Of a stretch of 64,000 bases of DNA, positions 1 to 9,668 are shown one piece after another. Source of the DNA: a virus. The stretch is from the IMG/VR virus record IMGVR_UViG_3300027977_000009; one strand, given 5' to 3'. Below the pieces are notes generated by a model. That model was not told where the DNA came from, searched no databases, and was given only the letters and a program-made list of their open reading frames with translations. A program made the translations under genes and the position numbers. Within the stretch, counting starts at the first letter, position 1; every line of letters begins with the position of its first letter.

Positions 1-1
1 A

Positions 2-1114
2 GGAACTGTTACGAGTGTAGCATTGGTTCCTTCTGCAAGACTGACTGTTTCCGGATCTCCTGTAGTCTCGTCCGGCGTTATTAATATTGATTTAGCTGCA
101 AGCGGAGTCTTGCCGGGCACATATGCAAATCCAACAATGACAGTTGATGCTTATGGAAGAGTTACATCGGCGACCGGTGGCTCCGTATCAGGCACAGTAA
201 CTAGCATAGGACTTACCCCCGGCTCTGGTATTCAAATCAACGGCGGTCCAATCACTGCTAACGGAAACATAACAGTCACGAATACAGGTGTACTTAGAAT
301 CAATGCGGGCGCCGGTATCGCGCTTTCAAGTGGCAATGGTAATGTAACCATTTCTACTACTTCTGTTGGTGGCACAGTTACTAGCGTTGGTGTTTCGAGC
401 AGCCAACTAGTCGTTACTAATAGTCCGATCGTTTCAGCAGGAACAATCGCTATCAATCTTCCATCTAGTGCTACGTTTGCAGGTACGGTCACCGCAAGTA
501 ATATTGCCGGAACATTAACAACAGCAGCGCAGCCAAACATTACAAGTGTCGGTACGTTAACATCATTAGCGGTTACAGGCAATGTAACTGCTGGTAACTT
601 ACTTGGTATTTTTGCCAATGGCAACTCAAGTGTTCGTATTCCTGCAGCAAATGGTAACGTTAACATTAGTGCAGTAGGCAATGCTAACATTCTTGTTGTA
701 ACCGGTACTGGTGCCAATATTGCTGGTACATTAAATGCAACCGGTAACGCAAATGTTGGCAACATTGGTGCTGCTTCTGGTGTATTCACTACTGTTGCAT
801 CAACTACTGCTATCTCAGCAGCAGGAAGTGAAAATCTATTAACTGGAAGTGCAGCTAATTTAGCAGTAACTTCAAGTTATTTTACTACATTGGCCCCATC
901 AACTGCTACTCTTGCTGCCGGGACAGCTGGCCTAATCAAAACATTTATGCTAGTGGCTGATAGCGGTGACATGGTTATTACGGTAACCAATGCAGGATGG
1001 AAGAGTTCGGGCACGGGCACGATGACGTTTGATGATATAGGGGACGGATGTACTTTACAATACATCAATAATAAATGGTATTGCATCGGCAACAACGGTG
1101 TAGTGTTCGCATAA
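2..1114 (+). CDS. Virion fibre/structural protein with Gly-Thr-Ser-Asn repeats (5' partial)
   Basis: Frame open from position 2; GTVTSV and AAQPNITSVGTL repeats; fibre-like composition. Confidence 0.6.
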   Translation, partial: GTVTSVALVPSARLTVSGSPVVSSGVINIDLAASGVLPGTYANPTMTVDAYGRVTSATGGSVSGTVTSIGLTPGSGIQINGGPITANGNITVTNTGVLRINAGAGIALSSGNGNVTISTTSVGGTVTSVGVSSSQLVVTNSPIVSAGTIAINLPSSATFAGTVTASNIAGTLTTAAQPNITSVGTLTSLAVTGNVTAGNLLGIFANGNSSVRIPAANGNVNISAVGNANILVVTGTGANIAGTLNATGNANVGNIGAASGVFTTVASTTAISAAGSENLLTGSAANLAVTSSYFTTLAPSTATLAAGTAGLIKTFMLVADSGDMVITVTNAGWKSSGTGTMTFDDIGDGCTLQYINNKWYCIGNNGVVFA

Positions 1115-1136
1115 CAACAATAAGAGGAAAAACAAC

Positions 1137-2309
1137 ATGGTCGACAACATTAAAATTACAGCACTTACTTCGATAGGCGCAAATATTGCGTATACTACGC
1201 TTGTTCCGGTTGTCAACATGACCGGAACGCCGTTGACACAGAAAGCAACTGCACAAGATTTAGGAAATTTGATTCTGAGCGGAGCAGGTGGTTCGTACTT
1301 TACTCGTGCTGCCCAATCTAATTTAGCGTTATCAGTAGCTAATGCTGCACAGCCTAATATCACTAGCGTCGGCTCTCTTACTTCTTTAACTGTTACTGGA
1401 AACATCACAACTGGGAACATTAACGGTGCAAATATTGTTGCAGCAAACTTCTTTTCTGGTGACGGGGGATTCTTGACAAACGTTTACAGTAACAGTAGTG
1501 TTGCAAATTATCTACCTACATATACAGGTAATTTGTCTGCCGGAAACTTAAACGTAACCGGTAATGTTTCTGCTGGTAACTTACTTGGTATTTTTGCAAA
1601 TGGCAACTCAAGTGTTCGTATTCCCGCTGCAAATGGCAACGTTAACATCAGTGCAGTAGGGAATGCTAATATTCTTATTGTAACTGGTATCGGTGTCAAC
1701 GTAACCGGTACATTAAATACAACCGGTAACAGTAACGTTGGTAATTTGGGTACGGCACAGGTACTCGCAACTGCAAATATAACCGCACCACAATTGATCT
1801 CTAACGTAACAACTGGTACTGCTCCATTCGTAGTAACTTCAACGACACAAGTAGCAAATCTAAGTGTGGCTACTGCCGGCACAGCAACAAGTGCTACCAC
1901 AGCAGGTACTGTAACTACAGCAGCACAACCAAATATTACATCAGTCGGTACATTATCAACCGCAACGATCACAACTGGTAACATCACTACCATCAATAGC
2001 GGATTATTGCAGAACGGCAATTCGAACGTTACTATAACAGCAAATGGCAATGTTAACGTCAGTGCAGCCAGTACCGCTAATTGGACATTCGGTACTAATG
2101 GCGTATTTTATCTAGCCGGCAACACTGTAGCAATTAATTTTGCTAACGGTAGTGCCGCGTTTAGTAACATGGTTGAATGGACTGCTTCTCCGATTGCAAA
2201 CACTAGTGCAGGAACAGCAGGACAAGCTGCGTATGATGCAGGAGGAAATCTCTATGTTTGTGTAGCCACAAATACATGGAGTAAGTTCTCAGGTACAACT
2301 AGCTGGTAG
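1137..2309 (+). CDS. Virion fibre/structural protein, paralogous to upstream gene
   Basis: GAGG RBS; two AAQPNITSVG repeats; shares GNLLGIFANGNSSVRIPAANGNVNISAVGNANIL block; C-terminal YVCVATNTW. Confidence 0.6.
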   Translation: MVDNIKITALTSIGANIAYTTLVPVVNMTGTPLTQKATAQDLGNLILSGAGGSYFTRAAQSNLALSVANAAQPNITSVGSLTSLTVTGNITTGNINGANIVAANFFSGDGGFLTNVYSNSSVANYLPTYTGNLSAGNLNVTGNVSAGNLLGIFANGNSSVRIPAANGNVNISAVGNANILIVTGIGVNVTGTLNTTGNSNVGNLGTAQVLATANITAPQLISNVTTGTAPFVVTSTTQVANLSVATAGTATSATTAGTVTTAAQPNITSVGTLSTATITTGNITTINSGLLQNGNSNVTITANGNVNVSAASTANWTFGTNGVFYLAGNTVAINFANGSAAFSNMVEWTASPIANTSAGTAGQAAYDAGGNLYVCVATNTWSKFSGTTSW

Positions 2310-2469
2310 AATGAAGTAGTAGTTTTGATTTAGCTAAGCTACTCATGTCACTATTTCGGCGGCGATGATGACGACTAGGGCGATGAAACCGAGGGCCCAG
2401 GCGATTCAGGCCGTGATTAGGCGGCCACGGTTGCTACCGTCGCCAACCACTTTCGGTCTTTTCGATCCT

Positions 2470-2835
2470 TCATTGCACTGCCTCTAAAATATCATTAACC
2501 GAAACATTCTTGCGAGGCCTATTCTTAATTGCATCAAGTGAAACTGCACCCTTCATCTTGATTGTTTTCGAACTCTTACGAGCTTCGCGTTCCTTGTCCT
2601 CAAGCGTATCTTTAATCGTAGCCTGATCTTCGGCTGACGAAAACTCTTTGCACGTAAGCATATACTTGAGAGCCTCGATTTTAGTCATCTTATTAGGAAG
2701 ATCAATGAAATCGATACGGGAAGCCCTGCCCTTAGAAAACTGTTTTACACGGCGACACATGTCATCAGTGAAGCGAATCTTAGCGTCATTACCATGAACA
2801 GTGATGCCGACTACAGTAAATAGTTGTTCTGTCAT
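2470..2835 (-). CDS. Hypothetical phage protein
   Basis: 121-aa ORF with AGGAG RBS. Confidence 0.7.
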   Translation of the reverse strand: MTEQLFTVVGITVHGNDAKIRFTDDMCRRVKQFSKGRASRIDFIDLPNKMTKIEALKYMLTCKEFSSAEDQATIKDTLEDKEREARKSSKTIKMKGAVSLDAIKNRPRKNVSVNDILEAVQ

Positions 2836-2859
2836 ACTATATCTCCTTAAATAAATGTG

Positions 2860-3021
2860 TTAAGCTGGGATTACAGATTCTGAAAGCAGTGCGGGCCCGT
2901 ACATTGCTCGCGCCGTATCGATTGCGCGATTCATGTTGTTCTCAGCCATAAATTTAACCAGAATCTGAGAACCAGACGAAGTACGAATCCAAACTTTCCA
3001 AGCACGCATTTGATTACTCAT
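2860..3021 (-). CDS. Small hypothetical protein (53 aa, MSNQMRAWKVWIRT...)
   Basis: Read manually; AGGAG RBS; below ORF-track cutoff. Confidence 0.6.
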   Translation of the reverse strand: MSNQMRAWKVWIRTSSGSQILVKFMAENNMNRAIDTARAMYGPALLSESVIPA

Positions 3022-3148
3022 GTTATATCTCCTTTAATATGCAAAAAAAGCAATTACAATGACTGCTACAGCCCAGCAAATCAAATCAACTTTGAGCCAA
3101 AACGTCATATCTTTATTATACGCCCAAATTTTAAGCTTGTCAAGCATT

Positions 3149-3499
3149 TTATGCCTCCACCTTGTAAGCGTTGTTCCACTTACCGATGTTGATGTCAACA
3201 TAGTAAGCAATATCATAATGATCGATTTCCGAGCGGGTGTTGTTGTACCAGCCTGCACTCTTGAGAGCAGCAAAAGCTTCAGTAAGAAATTTCTTAGCAA
3301 CACCTTCGTAGTGTTCGTGGAACCAGTAGGGGTTCACTTGATTGCAATCAGAACTGAAGTCAATCTTGCCGGACTTGAGAGTCAACACGATGCTAGAATG
3401 GTCGCGGACAGAAAGAGTGCCTTTAACACCGAACTTCTTGAGAACAGGCTTCAAGTTAGAAGCGATGATTGCCTTCTTTTCGGAATTCATATAAGCCAT
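3149..3499 (-). CDS. Hypothetical early protein
   Basis: GGAG RBS, directly downstream of early promoter. Confidence 0.7.
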   Translation of the reverse strand: MAYMNSEKKAIIASNLKPVLKKFGVKGTLSVRDHSSIVLTLKSGKIDFSSDCNQVNPYWFHEHYEGVAKKFLTEAFAALKSAGWYNNTRSEIDHYDIAYYVDINIGKWNNAYKVEA

Positions 3500-3537
3500 T
3501 TTCGTCAGCTCCGTTCGTTTGTTTCTGTCTATAATTC

Positions 3538-3566
3538 AATATAGCAAAACGGGTAATTGATGTCAA
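3538..3566 (-). promoter_or_regulatory. Sigma70-type early promoter
   Basis: TTGACA-N17-TATATT preceded by TTGC. Confidence 0.75.
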
Positions 3567-4171
3567 CACTTATTTTCGTATTCGGACAAAATAATGTTGA
3601 TAAAGATTTCAGATAGGTCTGCGTCAGCAGAAGCCCGAGCAGCATCAGCAGCAGCAGCACGAGCAGCATCAGCAGCAGCAGCATAAGCAGCAGCACGAGC
3701 AGCATCAGCAGCAGCAGCATAAGCAGCAGCACGAGCAGCAGCATAAGCAGCACGAGCAGCAGCACGAGCAGCATAAGCAGCAGCACGAGCAGCATAAGCA
3801 GCATTAACAGCAGCAGCATTAGCAGCAGCATCAGCAGCAGCATTAGCAGCATCAGCAGCACTAGCAGCAGCCAAATCACCATTACCATTCAAGGCATCGA
3901 TGACCTGTCGACAGGCATCTTCTACCGGTTGCCAGTAATCAGGCAGAATAGTTGGTTGTACTTTTCTCGCCTTAGCTAAGGCATATTCGATACATGCGAT
4001 ATGAAACTTGCGCATCACTATATCTATATCGATAGTATTCCAAGTAAACGAAGTTCTGTTGAACTTTTTCTTGAATTCTACTGTATCGAAATGGCGTATC
4101 AGGTCGTTGAACTGCTCGGGCGGTTCACAGAGAACCGCCCACATCTCAGCTTGATGGTCTATATTCAACAT
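3563..4171 (-). CDS. Hypothetical protein with Ala-rich (AAAYAAAR/AAADAAR) repeat tract
   Basis: GCT-codon repeat array 3631-3872 inside an open frame. Confidence 0.65.
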   Translation of the reverse strand: MLNIDHQAEMWAVLCEPPEQFNDLIRHFDTVEFKKKFNRTSFTWNTIDIDIVMRKFHIACIEYALAKARKVQPTILPDYWQPVEDACRQVIDALNGNGDLAAASAADAANAAADAAANAAAVNAAYAARAAAYAARAAARAAYAAARAAAYAAAADAARAAAYAAAADAARAAAADAARASADADLSEIFINIILSEYENKC

Positions 4172-4502
4172 AACTTATGTCACCTATTTTTCAACTAAGA
4201 GCGAATTATTTTTAGAGGTTAAATATCAACGCCGCGCCGAATTAAAGCAACAGTATTATTCTTTGTCCTGAGATTCATCTTGTCCGCGACTATCAGCCCA
4301 ATGAAAGAAGCCAAAAAGAATAGCAATAGTTATCACGGTAAGAACGATTTCTAGTAAGGTCATGAGGTATTGTTCCGTAGTATTAAAAAGTAAACTTATT
4401 GCGCGCTGATTGAGATCCAAATGGTTATCGCTAATACTAGGATTGCGATAACCATTCCACCGTTCAAACAATTGCGGATAATAAAGTTAATTATGGCCTC
4501 CA

Positions 4503-4826
4503 TCAACGATGCGCCCGGACTTCGGCATCAGGATTACCCACACAAGCCTCCAGATAGTCCTCCACGAACGGAACGAAATGCTCATACATTCCCCAGCCGT
4601 TAGGCGCATTGAACTGCTTATAGTGTTCAGGTTCGGCCTTCAGCTTCTCCAGCCCCTCAGTCAGCGGCGCGATCAGTTGCTCGGCCTTTTCGATGCCAAT
4701 TTCTTCGGGACGCCACAGATGCATATAAATGCCCGCAGCTTCGGCCATCTTGTTCAGATTGTGGGTGATATTACGGCTGTACACTTCTGTGGGACGAACA
4801 GCAGTCAGATAAACATCCAGAGACAT
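4503..4826 (-). CDS. Hypothetical phage protein
   Basis: 107-aa ORF with AGGA RBS. Confidence 0.65.
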   Translation of the reverse strand: MSLDVYLTAVRPTEVYSRNITHNLNKMAEAAGIYMHLWRPEEIGIEKAEQLIAPLTEGLEKLKAEPEHYKQFNAPNGWGMYEHFVPFVEDYLEACVGNPDAEVRAHR

Positions 4827-4890
4827 ATCATAAGTTCCTTTAATTGATCCTATAATTTAATATAGACTCTTTATGAGAATAAAGCAACTG

Positions 4891-5259
4891 TTATTCAGAG
4901 ACCCAAGCATTGCCAGAGACCCTAGCATTGCCAGAGACCCTAGCATTGCCAGAGACCCTAGCATAGCCAGAGACCCAAGCATTGCCAGAGACCCTAGCAT
5001 TGCCAAAGACCCAAGCATTGCCAAAGACCCAAGCATTGCCAGAGACCCTAGCATTGCCAGAGACCACAGCATCGTCATAGACCTTAGCATTGCCAGAGAC
5101 CCAAGCGTTCTCTTGGAGGTTCTCGAATTTTTCGATAAAGCCACCAAGATCACCAGCCTTAACATCATGAATAGGCATATCTACAAGCGCACGAATGCGA
5201 TGCAGGGTGGTACCGGTATGTTCGATGGTTTCATCGGTCAGTTCGTAGTTCATGATCAT
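4891..5259 (-). CDS. Hexapeptide-repeat (left-handed beta-helix) protein
   Basis: Tandem VSGNAR/VSGNAW/VFGNAW repeats (18-nt unit) after GDLGGFIE motif. Confidence 0.75.
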   Translation of the reverse strand: MIMNYELTDETIEHTGTTLHRIRALVDMPIHDVKAGDLGGFIEKFENLQENAWVSGNAKVYDDAVVSGNARVSGNAWVFGNAWVFGNARVSGNAWVSGYARVSGNARVSGNARVSGNAWVSE

Positions 5260-5283
5260 TTCCTATTTCTCAGCTTATAATTT

Positions 5284-5312
5284 AATATAGCAAAATAGAT
5301 AGCCGAAGTCAA
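5284..5312 (-). promoter_or_regulatory. Sigma70-type early promoter
   Basis: TTGACT-N17-TATATT preceded by TTGC. Confidence 0.7.
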
Positions 5313-5440
5313 CTTTTTTTTGCCAAAATAATAATTATTTTGGTTCAGGTTACCGCCCAAATCAGTAACCATTAGAATTCAGGAAATGCTGACTTTAGCT
5401 AATTCTTTTTCTCGAAATAACACTAATGGGTATATCACTT

Positions 5441-6025
5441 TTATCGAGAAACAAGAACCTTATCCGCTAGTCCAAACTCGACAGATGCTTGAGCGTCCAT
5501 ATAGTTGTCACGTGCCATAGCAATCTTAAGTTCTTCGACGGTCTTGCCAGTATTAGTTGCATAAATCTCAGTGAGAAGATTATTCAATCGAACCATTTCT
5601 TCCATTTGAATTTCAGCGTCCCATATCGTGCCACGAGAACCGCCGGACACAGAGTGCACCATGTGGCGAGCCCTAGGAAGAATGAATCTCTTTCCTTTGG
5701 TGCCGGAACTTGCTAGAAGTGATCCCATTGAACAGACACTTCCGATTGCGATAGTAGAAATGTCTGACTTGACAAATTGCATAGCATCAAGAATAGCTAA
5801 TCCAGCAGTCACCGAACCACCTGGGCTGTTGATGTAAAGTGAGATGTCGGCGGAGGGATTTTCTGATTCAAGATAGAGCAATTGCGCAACGATGAGATTA
5901 GCCATATAATCATTGACTTCCCCCTCTAAAAGAATCACCCGGTCCTTTAGTAATCGACTGTAGATATCCATTACTCTTTCGCCACGACTGGACTGTTCGA
6001 TTACCATTGGAACTAAGTTAGACAT
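5441..6025 (-). CDS. clpP: ATP-dependent Clp protease proteolytic subunit
   Basis: [24 protein letters not shown] (catalytic Ser), MVH, RDNYM. Confidence 0.95.
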   Translation of the reverse strand: MSNLVPMVIEQSSRGERVMDIYSRLLKDRVILLEGEVNDYMANLIVAQLLYLESENPSADISLYINSPGGSVTAGLAILDAMQFVKSDISTIAIGSVCSMGSLLASSGTKGKRFILPRARHMVHSVSGGSRGTIWDAEIQMEEMVRLNNLLTEIYATNTGKTVEELKIAMARDNYMDAQASVEFGLADKVLVSR

Positions 6026-6112
6026 ATTTTTTTTACCTTCATTGTTAATGTAAGTGTATGTTACTTCATCGCAACCACAATGTCAATGACTTTGGGATAA
6101 ACAAAAGTGTTA

Positions 6113-7660
6113 TTACTTTCGTAATGAACGTCCAACATTTCCCATAGTAGATATGCGCTTTTCTTTTGGCTTTTTTCTACCAAGGGCAATGTCGGCTGCT
6201 TGTTTGGTAAACTCAGATGAAGTGGGAATACGCTTTTCTCTACCTATCTCGGCATCTATAATAGGTTGATCTTTGGCTACGCCCTTGCCGCTGTCGATCT
6301 TAAATGTGAAGTTTCCCTTGATGCCTGTACTGTAATATGTCTTGCTTGCCGAAAGATAAACACCCTTGATACTATCACCTGGGTAGACTGTGTTGAATTC
6401 GTCAAGAGTCCATTGACCTTTGCTTTCTTTAGCTTTAGTATAAACCTGAATCAACGCCCCTTGATTGAGGATGTCTGCCGCAGCTTTGCTGAAGTCAGTT
6501 TTCTCGTTGACTTCCTCTGCTGCTTTATGGGCTACAGCAGCAAGCAAGAGATAGTAAAAATTAACTTTGTCTCTATCCAATGATTTTCTGGTCTGTGCTA
6601 GCTTTAGCAGATTGTCAGATAACCCGAGATTATCTAATTCACTCATTGTCAAAGGACTATCATTCTTGAGTGATAATATCATCCTAGCATCTGTTTCATC
6701 GATGATGTCAAATTTCAGTCCCAAATAGATAGGCGCGAGTGCTTGGCCCCGACGTTTTATCTCGCGTATAATCTCAATCGTGTCAGCATATTTTTCACGT
6801 AATTTATTGCCCCCTTCAGTCTGAGATAATTCGTCAACGCTGTTGATTAGATTAGTCGTACTCGCAGTAGCTCCTTTGCCACCTTTAGTACTGACCTTGA
6901 TCGACTTGCCTTCATCACTGGTCATGATGCTATCGCTTAGTCCAGCAGTTTTCGTAGAATCAAACGAGATAAGGGTGTTTTTAAAATTTCCATTTAGAAA
7001 AATTTCAGCAGCTTCTCCTGCATTACCTTCGTATTGCCCCATCTGCAATGCGATCGGCTGCAATATCTCACAAAAATAATCTCTAAATGCAGAGAAGCTA
7101 AGATTCTCGGGTGCGTCAAACGTCATCGGAAGGGGTTCACCTGCTACTAATCGGTATGTAACGTCATATAATATATTATCGGTACCCAATTTCTCGGCCA
7201 ATTGCTTAAGGATGTCGTTAGCAGTCAAATCATTTTTATTTGTCAATAGATCCTGAGGGCTCAAGCCAGCTTGAGCCTTCTCAGCCGATTTGCTAGCTAA
7301 TTTATAGTCTCCTACTAAATTGGGAACATAGTTGTCTGTGAAATTTGGCTTGATCTGTTCTAGATATCTACCGAAATACAAAGGACCGTCTGTACCGGTG
7401 AACGTAGCGAGCGCAAATCCTCCCATTCTAATAGTGCGAGTATTCATCCATTGAATATTATGATCAGTCTGACTATTGATATCTAACAACACATGATCTA
7501 ATTGTTCAGGAGTATATCTTCCGATTTTTTCTGGAAAGAACTCAAGTTTGTCAAATATGATTTCTTCGCCGGCTGAATTACGAAATACAGCACCGGCTTT
7601 CCTACCAGCAAGGCCAGTACTTTCGGCTAGAGTTTCAATTTTATCAAGAAGATCACGCAT
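6113..7660 (-). CDS. Late hypothetical protein with CTS-like N-terminus; possible PD-(D/E)xK-like nuclease core
   Basis: TAAATA upstream; MRDLLDKIETLAE; E...SD...VSTK pattern is only weakly suggestive. Confidence 0.45.
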   Translation of the reverse strand: MRDLLDKIETLAESTGLAGRKAGAVFRNSAGEEIIFDKLEFFPEKIGRYTPEQLDHVLLDINSQTDHNIQWMNTRTIRMGGFALATFTGTDGPLYFGRYLEQIKPNFTDNYVPNLVGDYKLASKSAEKAQAGLSPQDLLTNKNDLTANDILKQLAEKLGTDNILYDVTYRLVAGEPLPMTFDAPENLSFSAFRDYFCEILQPIALQMGQYEGNAGEAAEIFLNGNFKNTLISFDSTKTAGLSDSIMTSDEGKSIKVSTKGGKGATASTTNLINSVDELSQTEGGNKLREKYADTIEIIREIKRRGQALAPIYLGLKFDIIDETDARMILSLKNDSPLTMSELDNLGLSDNLLKLAQTRKSLDRDKVNFYYLLLAAVAHKAAEEVNEKTDFSKAAADILNQGALIQVYTKAKESKGQWTLDEFNTVYPGDSIKGVYLSASKTYYSTGIKGNFTFKIDSGKGVAKDQPIIDAEIGREKRIPTSSEFTKQAADIALGRKKPKEKRISTMGNVGRSLRK

Positions 7661-7728
7661 GAAGTATTTATTCTAATCAAATATTAAACAATCATAAATA
7701 CTAGCAGAATATCAACAATAGGAGATTC

Positions 7729-7923
7729 ATGATGTTATTTTTGAAAAAGCTGCTAACTAAATTTACGGCTACTGTTGCTTCCGCAAAAGTTGAACCCGTA
7801 ACTGAAGTAAACGAGCCTGCAACAGTAGAAGAAGTAGAACCCGCGCAAGAAAAAACGAAAACTAAGAAAGCAACAGGTAAAAAAACAACCAGTCGTAAGC
7901 CAAAGTTAAACATAGCTAAATAA
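7729..7923 (+). CDS. Small Lys-rich hypothetical protein
   Basis: TAAATA promoter and AGGAG RBS upstream. Confidence 0.55.
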   Translation: MMLFLKKLLTKFTATVASAKVEPVTEVNEPATVEEVEPAQEKTKTKKATGKKTTSRKPKLNIAK

Positions 7924-7933
7924 AATATATTTT

Positions 7934-8632
7934 ATGCAAGACATTGGCTTTGACATAATAGGCGACCTGCATCTTGCGCCCGATGACCATTTTAATTGGG
8001 AAAACAAAGCGACCAGTTTGTATTGTATTATAGCAGGTAATGTTAGTTCTGATCTACGAACGATCATACAAACACTCTCTCATCTTAGCAGATTTTACCA
8101 AGGCGTGTTTTATGTTCCTGGTCCACTCGAATATGTTGATGCAGTCGATATTTCTACTAAAACAAAAGAACTTATTGCTATTGCAGGTAGTATTCCTAAT
8201 ATCTGTTTGTTGCATCAACAAGTAGCTATTATTGATGGTATTGCCTTGCTAGGCTCGAATGGCTGGGCCGATTCGGGAGACACATCAACGATCGGAGAAA
8301 CAGTAAGAACGGTAGCCAGAGACGAAGATATGTTCTATCTTCGCAAGTCGATTGAAAAACTGCAAAAACACTTAGATGTCAAAAACATAATAGTGATATC
8401 GAATGCGGTACCGTTGGAAGAACTTTATTTTGGTGAGGCTCCTCACCAAATGAATGATCAAATACCTCTTAAAGAGGTACTAGGTAGCGATACTGAACAT
8501 AAAGTCACTCACTGGGTATTTGGTACTTACCGCAAAACTGTTGATACCTATATCAATGATATCAACTTTGTCAATAATCCTTATTTAAGTAAGAATCCCT
8601 ATTGGGCAAAAAGAATCACATTAGTTGTGTGA
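7934..8632 (+). CDS. Calcineurin-like metallophosphoesterase-fold protein (degenerate motifs)
   Basis: IIGDLH, IAGNV, YVPG, WVFG and NNP at the expected motif positions. Confidence 0.65.
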   Translation: MQDIGFDIIGDLHLAPDDHFNWENKATSLYCIIAGNVSSDLRTIIQTLSHLSRFYQGVFYVPGPLEYVDAVDISTKTKELIAIAGSIPNICLLHQQVAIIDGIALLGSNGWADSGDTSTIGETVRTVARDEDMFYLRKSIEKLQKHLDVKNIIVISNAVPLEELYFGEAPHQMNDQIPLKEVLGSDTEHKVTHWVFGTYRKTVDTYINDINFVNNPYLSKNPYWAKRITLVV

Positions 8633-8680
8633 GTCATCATGAAAGAGGCATTCTGTCGCTACAACAAATCTATAAGAATT

Positions 8681-8711
8681 TGCGGCTCTGAATTTTAGAC
8701 TCAGAGCCGCA
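8681..8711. terminator. Bidirectional hairpin terminator
   Basis: TGCGGCTCTGA...TCAGAGCCGCA between convergent genes. Confidence 0.7.
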
Positions 8712-8716
8712 ATATA

Positions 8717-9025
8717 CTAACTGTCGGCTTCAACCTTAACTTGAAGCGGATACCCTTGGGCACGAGCATCAAGCGTAACTTCAATGCCGCGCTGTTCCGC
8801 AATCTCATAAGGTAGAACAGCAACGATTGCACTGCCCTTTTCATGTATTTCAGTCGTGATGTGACTAGCAGTATCTGGGTTATAATTGAAATAGTCTATC
8901 AGTGACCCGACCACAAATTCCATCGAGGTCACCTCATCGTTGATGTAGATGATCCTAAAAAGCGGCGGCTCCTTTAAGGCAATATTAGGCTTGATCTTGC
9001 TACGGGTATCTGTGTTCGCTGACAT
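8717..9025 (-). CDS. clpS: Clp protease adaptor ClpS
   Basis: PPLFRIIYINDEVTSMEFVV, IHEKGSA, GYPLQVKVE. Confidence 0.92.
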   Translation of the reverse strand: MSANTDTRSKIKPNIALKEPPLFRIIYINDEVTSMEFVVGSLIDYFNYNPDTASHITTEIHEKGSAIVAVLPYEIAEQRGIEVTLDARAQGYPLQVKVEADS

Positions 9026-9043
9026 TATTATCTTCCTTTAAAT

Positions 9044-9070
9044 GTGCTAGCAGTCAATGACTGCTAGCAC
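9044..9070. terminator. Hairpin (terminator or processing site) between hsp20 and clpS
   Basis: GTGCTAGCAGTCA-A-TGACTGCTAGCAC inverted repeat. Confidence 0.55.
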
Positions 9071-9089
9071 GGTTGTTGTGTGTAGTATA

Positions 9090-9548
9090 TTATTTCTGCT
9101 GTATAGGTATATTCTTTGGTTTTTGCTCTTCAGGTATTTCACGCTTCAAGTTTATATTGAGGATGCCGTGTTCTGCTTCCGCACTTATCACTTCAACATG
9201 TTCTGCAATCGTAAAAGTACGAACAAAGTTACGCGCCGAAATACCCCGGTGCAAGTATTCAGTTTCTTTTTCTAAATCATCTAGGGGTTGACGTTGCTCG
9301 CCCTTGATTGTAAGAATTTTCTTCTCTAGCGTGATGGAAACATCTTCTGGCGTAAATCCTGCAATAGCTAGCGCGATAGAAAAGTGATCTTCATCGTGCT
9401 TTATGATATTATATGGAGGGTAGTTGGGAGCATTTGCTTGTTGTGCATTGATTCGCGATAGTTCATCAAAGATGTTATCAAATCCAATTCCAAATTTATG
9501 CAAGTTCGGAATATCCAAAGAACGAAGGGTTAGTTGTGAATTAGTCAT
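9090..9548 (-). CDS. ibpA: Small heat-shock protein Hsp20 (IbpA family)
   Basis: NYPPYNI, LAIAGF, YLHRGISARNFVRTF, C-terminal IPI motif. Confidence 0.93.
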   Translation of the reverse strand: MTNSQLTLRSLDIPNLHKFGIGFDNIFDELSRINAQQANAPNYPPYNIIKHDEDHFSIALAIAGFTPEDVSITLEKKILTIKGEQRQPLDDLEKETEYLHRGISARNFVRTFTIAEHVEVISAEAEHGILNINLKREIPEEQKPKNIPIQQK

Positions 9549-9613
9549 ATTATTTCTCCTTTAAGCAAATAATGACAGTAGAGCCTTTAAAAGCACCCTA
9601 CTGTGTTATTTAT
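9549..9613 (-). promoter_or_regulatory. Late promoter plus ROSE-like RNA thermometer leader
   Basis: TATAAATA, 5' hairpin, then AUUAUUU-G-CUU paired with GAGAAAUAAU over the SD, with UUGCU motif and bulged G. Confidence 0.6.
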
Positions 9614-9668
9614 ACAAGAAATTTCGGTAGTTGTAAAGTATTTTGGGTCAAGTTATTTGCTTTTCGAG

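Noticed and set aside
232-2050. Long - strand ORFs opposite the fibre genes, and similar antisense ORFs elsewhere
   Set aside because: Antisense shadows of codon-biased genes, without RBS or motifs
3529-3888. Poly-Leu 119-aa membrane ORF
   Set aside because: Alternative frame of the GCT repeat array; no RBS
4857-5280. CRISPR array, or real overlapping ORFs, at the 18-bp repeats
   Set aside because: No unique spacers; units are in-frame hexapeptide codons and the other-frame ORFs are shadows
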